Below are positions 50,001-63,800 of a stretch of DNA of 64,000 nucleotides, piece by piece. The notes under the pieces are model-generated. The model made no database searches, was not told the origin of the DNA, and worked only from the letters and a program-made list of their open reading frames with translations. The stretch is taken from assembly GCF_963921235.1 (NCBI RefSeq), contig NC_086097.1, positions 168,146,001-168,210,000 of the forward strand. Direction: 5' to 3'. The DNA is from Mobula hypostoma (taxonomy: Eukaryota). Within the stretch, counting starts at the first letter, position 1, and every line of letters begins with the position of its first letter. Both the position numbers and the translations under genes were made by a program.

Positions 50001-51530
50001 AAGCTGGGCTTGAACCACCTTTTGGTTCCGTTTGGGAATTCCGATTTTGTTTTTTTATATATATGGGTGTTTGGTAAAATTAATTTGGTTATTAAAACCA
50101 CAATGAGAAATATTCATTCCTAAAAATGCAATTATATTTGAAATAACTAAGTCATAGACTAGTGTGATCTTTCTGACACTGAGATGGAGTCTCATGGCAG
50201 TGTTGCTCTGTGCTGTGGAGTACGTAAAGAAAACCCCTGTCACATTTTAGTTTTGCTGGAGAAGGCTGGCCTGAGCTCTGTTTCTCTTAAGAAAGTGTAG
50301 ATTTTGTCATTTATGCTGATGCTTTACGTGTAGGCTTATGACAAGCTGACTTGCAGTCTGCCAGGAAACAGGTTTGACATCCATCAGTCGCAATGCCTCA
50401 TTGATTTTCTTTTACCGTGGCCAATAACTTCTCAGCAAATCTTTGTTTTCTTTTCTTGTAACTATACATTCCTTTCATTTTTCCACTATTTCCACCCACA
50501 CCTTTACTCTTATTATCCTTCCTAGCTCCATGTTGCTGACCAGCCATTCTCTAATCAAATAGTATTTGGTGAGTGGTCTGTGTATGGGGTTAACATTCTT
50601 AAAGCACTGAGGATGGAGAGGAATTTTTTGAAGAAGTCACAGGATATGAGGAAAAAGGTCAGCCATGATCAGGCTCAATGGGACAAAAGACCTTCTCCTG
50701 CTTCAGTTTCTTATCTCCAAGGTAGAAATTAAAATGATTATCATTTACTGCCAATGTGAAATTTTATAGATGGGGAAAAATGAACCCATTTCCATCCAGC
50801 CATTAATTTTTCTTTTGGGGGAGGTTAAAAGTGAAACATTCAGAACGTTTGTTTAAGATATGGGAGGAGAATTTTGTTATCAGCACATCAAGACTGCTGC
50901 AGCATTCAATCATTGCTGATTCTTTTAAAGCCTTCTGCCTTTTCCCCATAATCCTTCATCCCTTTACCTATCAACCCCAACCTCAAATACACCCAATGAC
51001 TTGGCCACCAATGCCCTCTGTGACTGAAGTAATTCCTCTTCATTTCAGTTTTAAAGGGATGTCCCTTTATCCTGAGGCTGTGCCTTTAGACCCTAGACCC
51101 TCCTACTAATGAGAATGTCCTCTCCATGACTGCTCTATCCAGGCCTTTCAGTATTTGGTAGGTTCCAGTGAGGTCCCCCTCATTCTTCTGAACTCCATTC
51201 ATGGGTTAAGCATATTGGAAGGACTTTTGGAGGAGAGATGAAGAAAATGACAGAGAGTAGAGGGAGTCTGGAAGTTTGTGCCTGGAAGTGTTGACAAGGC
51301 AGAAACTATCAGACCTTTTGATAGACACGGATGAGTATTTAAAGTAGAAGAGACTTTGAAGAAGGCTTCAATCATAGGCAGGACTGGAGGAGAGCTGGGA
51401 AAAGGACTAGGTTAAATAGGATCTTCTATTAATGACTAGCATGGACTTAAGGACCAAAAGACTTTCTAATTGCATTGTAAGCTGCTGTAATTCTCTAAGA
51501 ATAGAATTATAACACTTGACTCTTTTTCAG

Positions 51531-51576
51531 AGCTCCAGTGGTAGCCGTTTCTATTGGATTATCTATCAACAAAGAG
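51531..51576 (+). CDS. IMPA2: IMPA2 exon 4 (46 nt)
   Basis: tctttttcAG acceptor; (G)APVVAVSIGLSINKE; donor GAG|GTAACG; phases match exons 3 and 5. Confidence 0.92.
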
Positions 51577-54395
51577 GTAACGAATTCCATGTTCAAACGA
51601 ACTTCAGCACTTGTTGCAGGTTGATTTACTAATCCTTCCCCAAATTCCTGTCCTCAAATATTAACCCTTTCCTGGGTTCTAATAGTCATGTTCCATTCCC
51701 CTAAATTAACCAAGGCTGTTCTGTCTGGGTATGGGGAGGGGTGGAACCATTGCATGGCCACGAAGGGTGGCCATTTTATTCCTCGGTATTGAGCTTATAA
51801 CTGCCACTTTCCACCTTACCCAAGGTCAGTTAATAAACATGCTGAATCATCAAGGATTGGTGGTAGTGTGAGCTGTTTCTTCAAGGTGCTGCAGAGTTAG
51901 TGATTCAGAGTTGAAAAACTGGCCCACAAAAAGTCCCAGTCATAATAATGAAAACCCAAAATTCTATGCCATACATATCCATTATAAATTTAAGCTTATC
52001 ATGTCTACTACGTGGTGAATATAGGCCTCCTTGGCGTATTAATGTGTTGAGATCGAATCTGTTTGCTTAAAGTGATGACCAGTTGAGTCCCTTGAATTGC
52101 CAGGCCCAAGGAACTTCTAACTACACAGTGTCCCACAGGAAGGAGGAAAGGCCTCTCGTGAATTTGTGACCATCGGGATCGAGGGCAGCAGTGCAGCAAG
52201 GAATAAGACCCTGGGTGGCAGCTTCTAGAGCAATTAAGAAGAGTAGACAAGGATGGACCTGCAGGAGATGGTATCCACGAGCAGGCCACCGGCACTAGAC
52301 AGCAAGTGTTTACTCAAGGAAGACAGGGGATAGCTCAGATGAAAGGTAAGACTGTAGTTGCACAGGACTACATAGTTAAAAGGGTTGTTAGAAGTTTTGG
52401 AGGGCACAAATTGGGAGCTTGACAGCATGTTATATCCAGTGATAGGGTATGGGGCATGTCCACATTTTTTAAAATTATTCTTCTTGAGATGTAGAACAGC
52501 TACCAAATGTCCCTGAGGGCTGGCAGTGAGCTACCATCATGCATCACTGCACTCAAGTTGGCCAAGAGTTCAGAGCCTTTTAAACATTAGTGATTGGCTT
52601 GTTAGGTCATTGAGAGGGTCTTTAGTTGTGGGCCTGTAATCACTGATGGACCAGACCAATTAGGCATGGCAAGTTTCCTTCCCCAGAGGGTACAGAATTT
52701 GCGGAGTTTTTATTGAAATTATTGGTTTCATTTTGACTTGTTATGGCTGCGTGCTTACAATCAGATTTTTAAAATTAACTAAATTAGCAGTTGCTATGTA
52801 ATTGAACAGATAGTTTAGTGAACAAATTCACCTTGCTAATCTCCAAATCTCATTGGAATGGTGGTCAAATCTTTGTCGCACTGGGGAAAGCAGACTTAAA
52901 GTGAGGAGGTGCATTTGGAAGCAACAAAATTGGCCAAGTTTTATATTAAGGAGTACAGCAAGGAATAATTTGACAAAGGTAATGATGCATAGAGAACATA
53001 AAAGAATCTTGGATGTATGTCTGTGAATATCGAGAAAATGTTAGATTAAAAGTGATTGATGTAAAAGTATTATTAGTAACAGGAGCTCCTGAGACCTGAT
53101 GTGGGGAGAGGTATGAAAACTCTGCCGGGTATCAGGGAGAAGAGAAGGGGAAGGAAAGTTGGGGTGAGATGGTATTATTTAATCACTGCTCAGAGTAGGA
53201 AATGGCACGGTGGGAACTCAGCAGTAAATGGCTGACTCTTACCCATCTGCTACAATTTACAAGTTACCAGAGAGAGCTAGAGATGGTGAGAACAGTAAAA
53301 ATCTGCACATATTTTATTCTGTGTGATATATTTCTTGTCTCATGTGCAACAGATTTCCAGGGTGTAAGCTACTTTACATTGCCTTGCAGGGCTGAAGGGG
53401 GTACATTGACTTCTGTGTCATGACTACATCCTGACCTTGCCTTAGCTTCTCTACTGCTGAAAACCCCATGTATATCTTCAGCCTTAACTTGTCCCACCCT
53501 TTGCTAGGTGCCTAATTATTCTAAACTAAAATGAGCATGAGTTCATTCAAAATGCTGCTGCCCATGTCCTGACCAGCATTTCCCCATTCACCTATTAGTC
53601 TTGAGGATGTATATACAGACTGCAAAACTTCAATAATAAATTCTCTAAGAAATCAAATCCCATGATGACCCTTCTCCTTCCCATCTCCATAATCTTCTCT
53701 AGCCCTCATTTCTCTAACGTACTTCTACTCTCCCATTTCTGGTCTCTATACTCAGCCTGTCTGCCTCCATTTCTTCTCTCTACCTCCATCTATCATCCAC
53801 CTGCTTCTGTCTCCCAACTCGTCCCTTCCTGGCTCAACCTGCCAGTCATCCTTCAATTATTACGTCAGTAATTCCTTCACTCTCACAAACGCTGTTTGAC
53901 CCATTCTCAGCAGATTGTTCATTGCTTCAAGCTCCAGTATCTGCAGTCTTCACATTAACACAAATCTTATGTTTCAATTAACTCTTCAACTGTAAACTCT
54001 AATTGACACAAAACTAATGTATTCAATCTTTCTTCATCATGTTTCTGCCCATTGTATGTTGTCTAATAAAATTGCTCCGAATCTGATCACCACTGACACA
54101 TTCCGTAAGCTTCCTAGTTTGCAGTTCTTTTAGGATGCAACCTAAAATTTACTGTGTTTGTCCAGAATTTTGTTGCCCCCATAAGGGTTCTTAGGAGTCA
54201 GTTTTTGCTTGATAAACTCCAATGAAATATCTTGGGTCATTTTGCAACATAAGGGTGCTGTATAAATGAAAGTTGTAATTGTTGTCTTTGAGAATAGTTC
54301 CTATATCTCTTGTTTCTTTGCTGATTTGTGATCTATTTGTATTGCTGAATTGACCAGAGTGATGAAGACATTTCTCCTCCACTGTTCTTCTTTAG

Positions 54396-54504
54396 CTTGA
54401 GCTGGGTGTAATCTATAACTGTGTCGAAGAGAAGTTATACACGGGCAGAAAAGGTCACGGAGCCTTCTGTAATGGACAGACACTGCAAGCATCAAAGCAG
54501 ACAG
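54396..54504 (+). CDS. IMPA2: IMPA2 exon 5 (109 nt)
   Basis: ttcttctttAG acceptor; LELGVIYNCVEEKLYTGRKGHGAFCNGQTLQASKQT(D); donor CAG|GTCTGT. Confidence 0.95.
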
Positions 54505-54544
54505 GTCTGTGAACTTTCTCTGACTTCTTAAATTCATTGTCGTT

Positions 54545-55000
54545 GGCACAGAATATACAGTAAATGCCATGAAAATTAGCTTTTTACAGCAGCAGCACAG
54601 TACATTAGAAATTTGTCAAGCATAAGCTAACATACATTTAAATTAACATAAATTATGCATAACTTGCCAAAAAAATAAACATAATGACATTAGTACATGT
54701 TGAAAGAGAGAAAACAGAAATATAGTCTGAGGTAGCGTGTTGGAGTTTGTTCAAGAACCTGATGGCAGTGGAGCAGAAGCTGTTGTTGAACTTGACGTGT
54801 GGTTCTTCACGTTTCTGTACCTCATGCCTGATGGTAGCATCAAGCAGAGGGCATGGCCTGGTTGTTGAGGGTCTTAATAATGGACGTCGATTTCCTGAGA
54901 CATCACCTCTTGTAGATGTCCTCAGTGGTAGGGATAACTGTACCCATGACGGATTGGGCCGAGTCCACCGTTCTGTAGTCTCTTGTGTTCCTATACCTTA
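54545..55000 (-). mobile_element. Rex1/Babar 3' fragment
   Basis: ctgatggcagtggagcagaagctgttgttgaac block shared with the other copies. Confidence 0.6.
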
Positions 55001-57089
55001 GTGACTCCTGCCTTTACAGTTGTTAAGTATGAAATTAATGTTTAAAGGAAGTCAGAGTTTGTAACCCAACAGTTAAGTTGTTTTTGACAGTGAGCAATTA
55101 TTTAGGAACCCTTTATTTGCCTGCTTTGAATGCACTATTTTGATTATAAGATTGACGAATGGCTATAAATGCAGACCTCAGCCCCAACTGCCCTCTCCCA
55201 CCACTTGTCCCAAATAGCCAAATTCACAATGCCATGTGGACGGAAAAAGATCAGGTCATCTTCATACAATCTCTCAAAGTTGGAATGAACAGAACTCATT
55301 CCTTTCCATGGATCCTGTGATTCTTTTCTCCTGCATTGCTCTGTGAAACCATTAGATCTGGGAGATTGCAGCAGTCCCAGCTACATTCACACTCTTTGTG
55401 GAAATTAATATCATAGCAAATTTAAATAAAGTAGCGTCTCCTTAATTTCATATTGGATTTCATACATGCAGTAATAGCCATTTAGTTTTGCATTCTCCAA
55501 AATACAGAACTCTCCCTGGTGAACACCATTCTAGCCATTGTTAGCTGTGCAACAAGATCAATTCCAGATCTGCAAACAGTCTTAAAAGGGAGAGAAATTC
55601 GTCAGTGGTCGCTGTTGATAATTGGGTCTGAGATTACTGGCTGCCACTACACTTGTCTCCTCGCATGTAATTCTAGTAAAGATATGTAGAGTTGAGTAAA
55701 ACTGGCAGCTGGCGCTCTTTCATATGTCTAACACCAGCAGCTAATCCTGCGGTGTATCTGGACTTTCAGAATGCCTTTGAAGTGCCATTTAAGATTACTA
55801 AATTACAATGTGGTACCAAGGCTAGTCTGCTAAGTGACTATGATTAATGGCAAGCCAATGTGATCAGATTATCAACACCATCTATCCATAGTCCACAGCA
55901 ACAATTTAGATGTTGGATCAAGTGTACTACATCCAAATTTATAGTACAAAGCTGAGTGGTTATGTGGATCGTGAGGAGGATGCAGGGAGGTTTCCTGGGG
56001 ACACAGATGAGGTAAATTATCTGCACATGTCTTCTTCTGTTGTTAATTCAATTCACGGATTTAGCCAGTACAGGAAACTTGTATTGAGGTATGAGATTGG
56101 CCATAATGTTAATAATAATTAATATAAATTTTCATATTGAATGGTGAAACAGGCAAAAGCAGTCAAACGACCAGCCTCACTTCCATTTATGTTTCTTGCA
56201 ATCTTTTTCTCTCTGTTTAATGTGATCTTTGCTCTGTTACAACCAATCACAACTCAGGTTCTCGGGACTTCATTCCTTAGCCTTCTTCTCTAACATAAGG
56301 TAAGGAACAGGCTCCTGATGCATACAGTGATGACAATTTTAACTCTCACTGTACTGCTGACATGTGCAGATTGCAGAATCTCCTGAGATGCATCCAGCTT
56401 GTATTTGTGAATAATTATTGACCAATATTTAATCTGTCATATTTTTAAGGGTAAGTCTGCCTTGACGTTGAGTATTATGGTAGGATTCATCGGAATGAAC
56501 ATGAAGTATATTCAGAATCAGAATCAAGTTTATTATCACCGGCATATGCTGTGAAATTTATTAACTTAGCAGCAGCAGTACAATTCACGTGATATGAGTG
56601 TGACTAGAAAGGCCATGATGGCAGATTGGAGGATTGACTTCTGGTTCGAACCGTGTCAGATCCAAGCTGTACAGCACCCCTGTAGATAGAGCAGTGTAGC
56701 AATAAAACTGGCCAAGACCAACCACCACCCACCTTTCCTGGGTCCTGGGTGGATCTTAAGCATTCATGGTCAGATGCACCAAAGACATACTGGCATTTTT
56801 CTCTGAACATTGGCTGACTGTCACCACAGAGAACCTAAAAGACTGGCAGAGGGATAACGAAGCTGATAGTGAAGTTGGTGGCTTCAGAAAGCAAGGAGCA
56901 TAGACTTAATTATTCAGACTGGAAAACCATGATTTGTGACTGAATTAAGCAGAGCATAGTGTCTAGTTTGCAAAGACCAAGTGTCACTCAATATGTGCTG
57001 ACATTCCACCAGTCCCCAACGTTGGAAAAGATGAGCCTGGTTATGTTATCCCGGAACATTATACTCGATTCAGATTCAGGTTAATTTTT

Positions 57090-57530
57090 GGTGCAGTACT
57101 CTTACAAATTTCTACTGATGTACGGTGGAGAGAATTCTGACTGGTTGCATCATTGCCTGGTATGGAGTCTCTGGTACACAGGATATCAAGAGGCTGCATC
57201 ATGGACACATCTTTCCATACCACTGAGGGCATCTTCAAAGGGTGATGCGTGAAGACTGCAGCATTCGTCAGTAAAGACGCTCACCATCCAGGACATGGTT
57301 GCTTTGAATTACTTTCATTGGGGAAGAGGCACAGGAACCTCAAGACACACACTCAATGATTTAGGAACACCACCTTCCCCTCCAGCATCAGATTTCTGAA
57401 TGGTCCATGAACACTACCTCATTATTTATTTTTTTAATGTTTGCTTATTTTTTCAACTTGTAATTTTTATTTCTTGCAAAACAACACATTTTGCAACATG
57501 TTTCAGTGCTAATCAATCTGATGCTGAGAT
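57090..57530 (+). mobile_element. Rex1/Babar 3' fragment
   Basis: ttctgactggttgcatcattgcctggtatgg (ILTGCI.AWYG) and a matching 3' UTR. Confidence 0.65.
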
Positions 57531-58074
57531 TGGATGAGAAAAAGCATGCTGTAGGTCTTAAGGATGTGGTGAATCAGACTGGGCGGGATGGCAATCGAGT
57601 CTTTTCATGTTCACCATTGCTGAGACTACCTGTTTATTCCAGGTTTATTTAATTACTCAGATACCTCATCTTGCATGGTGAGAATTGAACTCCCACATGA
57701 GGTCAACAATACAGGTCTCTGGTTATATCTCCAGCATTATGCTCAGAGTGGTTAGCTTGCAGTCCTCTGGGCAAGTTGAAATGAGAGGGAGGAGTGGAAG
57801 ACCCATCACTCTTGGGTTCTTACTGAGGTGCAGAAAGATAGAAAAATTGTTTTAAAATCTTGAAAAAAGGTGAAACAGGTGACATGAGAGAAATAATGAC
57901 TTTTCTCAGAGATCTGGGTTTAACTGGCCCCTAAGGCTGGGGAAGCAATCAATCTGTCTTCCAGCGGGAGCTCCCCCAGCATTAGAGAGGAATTTATCTG
58001 CAGGGTTATGGGAAATAGTGCTGATCAAACTGCAGTACTAGGAGAACGTGAATCCGATCAGGTCTTTTGGAGGC

Positions 58075-58570
58075 AGCTCTGGTCACCTACCTATAGGAAA
58101 GATATTAATAAAATTGAAAGAGTGCAGAGAAAATTTACAAGGATGTTGCTGTTGTCAGGACTTGAGGACCTGAGTTATAAGGGAAAGGTTGAATACTTTG
58201 GGACTTTACTTCCCGAAGCACAGGAGAATGAGGGGAGATCTTATAAAGTCATGCAAAATTAAGAGTAGTACAGATAGGGTGAATGCAAGCAGGGTTTTTC
58301 CCCTCATTGTATGTGACTAGAACTAGAGATTTGAAGCTTAAGGTGAAGGGTGAAATATTTAAGGGGAATGTGAGGGAGAAATTTTTCACTCAAAGGGAGG
58401 TGCTAATATGGAACAAGCTGCCAGCAGAAGTACTAGATATGGGTTCAATCGTAACATTTAAGAGAGTTTAGATAGGCAGATAGGTGGGAGGGATGTGGAG
58501 GGCAGTGGTTCTGGTGCAGGTAGATGGAACTATGAGATGTGCGAAAGGGCCTTTTTATGTGCTGACTCTT
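58075..58570 (+). mobile_element. CR1 3' fragment
   Basis: LWSPTYRKDINKIERVQRKFTRML and FFTQREVLIWNKLP. Confidence 0.8.
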
Positions 58571-58736
58571 TGACCATAGGAGCTGGAGAGGACCGGATGG
58601 GCTGAATAACCTCCTGATGGGGCTTAATAGTTGTTCAATTCCATGAGTGTAATGTGAGACCTGGGAGGTCATTGCAAGCAATTTTGCTGTTAATGGGGAC
58701 TAGACTTGATGTGCTGAATGATGTTTTCTTTTCCAG

Positions 58737-58845
58737 ATATATCAAAAGCCCTGATTTTAACTGAGCTTGGCTCGATCCGGGAACCAAGGGCACTGAGGAT
58801 GTTATTTAATAACATGGAGAGGCTACTTTCAGTGCAGGCACATGG
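58737..58845 (+). CDS. IMPA2: IMPA2 exon 6 (109 nt)
   Basis: ttttcttttccAG acceptor; ISKALILTELGSIREPRALRMLFNNMERLLSVQAH(G); donor GG|GTAAGG. Confidence 0.95.
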
Positions 58846-60005
58846 GTAAGGAGGACTAAACTCTGCTAGGTAATGCCAAATGAACTCCAAGCTGCTCTTC
58901 AAGATGTGTTACTTGTCGCTGATGTGGACGATCATAGAATGGATTGGTACATTAAATGGCCGTTGTAAATAACCCCCCCATTGTGTAGAATCTGGGGGAT
59001 ATGGGAATATATGGGGAGTATTAAATGGGTTAGTGTAAAATAGGTGCTTAATATTCCACATAGACTGATAAGCTGAAAGGCCTGTTAGCATGCTGTATGT
59101 CACGTAGAGTGGTGGCATCTGTGACACCTTAACTTAGAAACCTATTTCGTTCTTTAAGAGAAATGTACAAAGGAGCTGGGGAAACTAAGTGGGTCAGGCA
59201 GCATTTATGGAGGGATCCGGCACTCAATGTTTTGGGTCAAGACCTTTCATCAGTACCAGAAAGAAAGAAAGGGGTGATGTTGGGGGGGGGGGGTGGGGAA
59301 GGAAGGGGAACACTTTCCAGTCCATACAAAGGGTCCCTGACCAATGAAACCAAGCATGCTGTGAGCTTTCTTTACCAGCCTATCCACTTCTCAGGACACT
59401 TACAGGGAGCTATGGCATTTTACCCAAGTTCCCTTGGTACATCAATGCTGTAAGTGGTCCTCCTTATATTTGACCTGTCAAAGTACAACATCTCATACTT
59501 GTCTGCATTGAACTTCATCTGCCACTTCTCTGTTCATATCAGTAACTGAGCTATTGCTGCTGTATCTTTTGACAACCTTTCTCAGTGTCCATTTAAGAGA
59601 CTCTTGGACAGGTATATGGAGCTCAGAAAAATTGAGTGCTATGGGTAACCCGAGGTAATCTCTAAGGTAAGAGCATGTTCGGCACAGCTTTGTGGGCCGA
59701 AGGGCCTGTATTGTGCTGTAGGTTTTCTATGTTTCGCCTGTCTTTGTGCCATCAACACAAACTAATCAGCCCACCTATATTTGCATTCAAGTCATTCACA
59801 GATATATGTATCAGTTACAAACAACACTGATTCTTGTGGTACACCACTGGTCACGGACTACCAGCCTTCCTACCCTTTATACCAACCAGTGGAGGGAATG
59901 ACTGATTGGGATGGTAGGTGGGATACTGGGGAAGTAGTCTGCTTTGTACTGGCTGGTGTCAAGCTCCTCGAGTGTTGAGTGATTTTGCTTTGTTGATTCC
60001 CATAG

Positions 60006-60157
60006 GATCAGAATCATAGGAAGTGCTGCTCTCGATCTGTGCCACGTGGCATCGGGAGACGTGGAAGCGTTCTACCAGTTTGGGCTCCACTGCTGGGACA
60101 TGGCGGCTGCAGCTGTCATTGTCCGGGAGGCCGGTGGCATCCTGATCGACACAACAG
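60006..60157 (+). CDS. IMPA2: IMPA2 exon 7 (152 nt); gene continues beyond the window
   Basis: ttcccatAG acceptor; IRIIGSAALDLCHVASGDVEAFYQFGLHCWDMAAAAVIVREAGGILIDTT(G) with the WD.AA...EAGG signature; donor CAG|GTAGGA. YQFGLHCWD, DGTCNF and HRFIAEE favour IMPA2 over IMPA1. Confidence 0.95.
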
Positions 60158-60294
60158 GTAGGAATTGTTGACAGCTAAACTGCTGTGTTAATTTTAACCT
60201 GCTTATCAGACTATGTCCTTCTGAGGCTACAGCAGCCTAATAGAGGACATGCATCATGTACTCAATTATAAAGCTTATATAGTTCTGAAAAACA

Positions 60295-60808
60295 TTATGC
60301 ACACAAAATGCTAGAGGGACTCAGCAATTCAGTCAGCGCCTATGGAGGGGAAGTAAGTAGTCACTGTTTCAGGCCGAGACCCTTCATCAGGACTGGAAAG
60401 GAAGGGGGCAGAAGCCAGAATAAGAAGGTGGGGGAGGGGAAGGAGTATCGCTGGCAGGTGATAGGTGAGACCAGGTGAGGGGAAAGGTGGGTGGGCAGGG
60501 ATGAACTAAGAATCTGGGGAGGGATAAGTGGAAGAAGCAAAGGACTGAAGGAGGAATCTAATAAGAGAGGTCAGTGGACCAAGGGAGAAAGTGAAGGAGA
60601 AACCAGAGGGACTACTACTAGTAGGTGTTGGGCAAGTGAGGAGAAGAGAATGGGTGAGAGAGTAACCAGACTGAGGAATGAAGAAAGGGGCAGAAGGGGG
60701 GTAACTTCTAGGTTAGAGAAGTACTGTAGATGTTCATGCTCTCACCTTGGAGGCTACCCAGACAATGTGAGGTGTTGTTCCTTCAGCTTGAATTTGGCCT
60801 CATCATGC
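60295..60808 (-). mobile_element. PLE 3' fragment with hammerhead-like motif at 60359..60394
   Basis: Minus strand AGTC-CTGATGA-AGG gtctcgg CCT-GAAA-CA-GT-GACT; purine-rich plus-strand tract and endonuclease C-terminal remnant like 27350..27715. Confidence 0.75.
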
Positions 60809-60809
60809 A

Positions 60810-63800
60810 GTTGGCAGTGTAACTTAAAGGTGCATTACCACCACCAGCTGGTCTGGGGTTATGTTGTAGAGAAATGAAAGTTAAATTACCCCCAAAAGCC
60901 CTGTAGATAGTAAGTAACGAAAGATGATACTGTGAATTACATTAATCCCATAACTTAATGAAAACTATCAACCCCCAAAGATTGTAATGAAGCCTGATTT
61001 GATTTCTTTCAACCTTTTATGCTTCACACTGTAATAGTGTATGTTCAACTGTTTCATAATGATGACAAAACCTACACAAATCAGAGTGATGTTTTCCAAC
61101 AGGATACAAGAAATAGTTAAGCAGAGGATGCCCAATTCTAAGTCGTGTCAAAATGATTCTTTCCCTTCTTGTTTTACTCCCTTCTCCCGTAAACCCAACA
61201 GTTTTATGTATCCTATGAAGGTCTGTCCCTTGTGCTCATTATTCCACAAGCCTTGCCATAACCCCCTAATTCTTAACCCTACCAACCCCTTAGCTTCTAA
61301 CTTGCTTAGTGGAAAGTCTATATCCACTGTTGAAATTTTAACAGCTTTCTTAGCTAAACAGTCAACCCACTCATTCCCCTCAACACCTCTATGTGCAGTG
61401 ATCTATAAGAAATGATCTATTATATCTATATAAACCAGTACTTTGTATATGAGATAATGTTTGATGAGCTTCCAGCAGTAAATCTGGCCTACTGTGTAAC
61501 CTGTTTTAAGACTTATCAAAACTGAAAAGGAATCTGAACAAATTACCACTTTGCATGGATAAATATCCTTCACCCACCGTAAACCTGAAATGATGGCAGC
61601 CAATTCTGCTGTGTGTACTGTTAAATGGTTAGAAAGCTGTTTCGTTGTCGTTAGCCATAATTCAGGCACAAAAACAGCCACACCAACATTCCTAGTTAAA
61701 CTATCTTTTGATCCATCTGTAAAAATAGCTAAGGTACCATAATTTTCCTTAATATATTGGTGAACCAGCAGACTCTCAGGGATAACAGAATCCTTGGACT
61801 TTATTAAATCGTGTAACCTAAAATCAACTAAAGACATTGGGGTGGGGGGGGAAGAGAGGAAAAAGCAAGGTAAGTTTATCAAGAAAGCTACAGTAGGCTA
61901 TATTACATCATCCAACAAACCCATATTCTCAGTATGGAAAGAACCCAGCCACCAAAAGCTATAAAACAGTCTTCCAACACGCCTTTAACAGAATGATCAC
62001 TTCTTTGCCCCCTCAAATTAATCCAGTATATTAACATCAATTTTAACTTGCGCAATCGTAAGAGTAATTGTCCCATTTCAACCAGTGAAGCCAAAACAGG
62101 GTACAACCTTATTGCACCACAACACAATCTTAAAGCCTGAGCTTGTATCACATCCAAACATTGTAAAGTTGAAGATGAAGCTGACCCATAAGCCACACGG
62201 TCATAATCAAGAACAGATCTAATCAAACTGATATAAATGGTCAACAAAGATTTTTGTGTAGCACCCCAAGAATACCCACATAGACACCTGAGAATATCTA
62301 ATGTTCCCTTAAATTTATCAATTATTTTACTCATACAGTGCTTCCATGTCAGCTTATTATCCATCCATATTCCTGGAAATCTTACCACTAACACTTCTTC
62401 AAGAGCTTGACCATATAATTTCAAATCAATTGCAGATCCATTAATCCTCTTTGTAAAACACATAACTTGAGTTTTAGCTACTGAAAGCTTAAATCCCCAA
62501 CTGCTTGCTCACTGGTCAACCTTATTAATCACTAATTGTATTCCTACATACAGTAAAATTAAAATTCTGCCTCTTCGTCATCCGCATATTGTGATGTACT
62601 CACTCCAGAACCAATCTCAGAGAAAATATCATTAATCATAATATTAAGTATTAAAGGACTATATTGACTGCCTTGTAGAGTCCCATTTTCTATCTCATAG
62701 AAACCTGAATATACTTTGCCCAACCTTAGCTGCACAGACTGTCCAAATAACAAACTCAGGAAAAAAGTATACAATCTCCCTCTTACTCCTAATTTCCATA
62801 GTTTAATCACAAGTCAAGTCAAGTCAAGTTTATTGTCATTTAACTACATACATGTATATAACATTTTATATAGAAATGAGACAATGTTCCTTTAAACTAG
62901 GTGTAAAGCACGGTAGTACACATAACACATCACACACAATAACTTATAAAGGTAAGGGTAAAATCTACAGAATAACAAACTAAAGTGCATACATGTTAAA
63001 TATTGTATTGGAACAGATTAACCAGTGACACTTTGAATGTGATGCCGCAGGGAGTTCAGAAGCCTAATAGTCTGGAGGAAGAAACTGTTTCTCATCCTGA
63101 CCGTTCTTGTTCTTACGCATCGGAGTCTCCTGCCTGATGGTAGAATGTCAACGGGGATTCTAGATGGATGGGTGGAATCCTTATACTATGGGCCCTGCAT
63201 ACACAGCACTCCTGAGAAAAGAGCTTCCTTCCGTATCTTATACCTTTTCAATATCAAAAAATATTGCTGTTACAACTTCTTTATTTACCTGTACTTTCCT
63301 AAAATCATCTTCCAAACATAAAAATTAATCCAATGGCATTCTATCCTTCCAAAATCCACTCTGATAAAACATTATATCACACCTCTTTTCTGAAATATAA
63401 TTGAAACACTCTATTGCCATACACTCCATAAGTTTATACAAAATGACATGTTAACAATATAGCCCTATAAGTAGAAGGACCCGTCAAGGTTTTAGACAGC
63501 CACTTTCCTTGAAAAATGAAGATGTGTTAACCTCCAAATATGATTTTAAAATGTTAATATTATCTCAACAGAGTTGTCAGTCATATATCCAACCATACAA
63601 TAACATACTGTATATCATCCATTCCCAGAGGCGTCTGGCCTGCATTAATAATAGCCGCCTTAAATTCATACAAAGAAAACCCTACATCAGTAATCCTATC
63701 ATTGCTGCAGCTGGCTTCCAACACATCAGTGTATTCACTTGGAACCTTGTCCCTACATTGTTTAACCTCTTCAGTTAAATTATCTTTATTATGAATCGCA

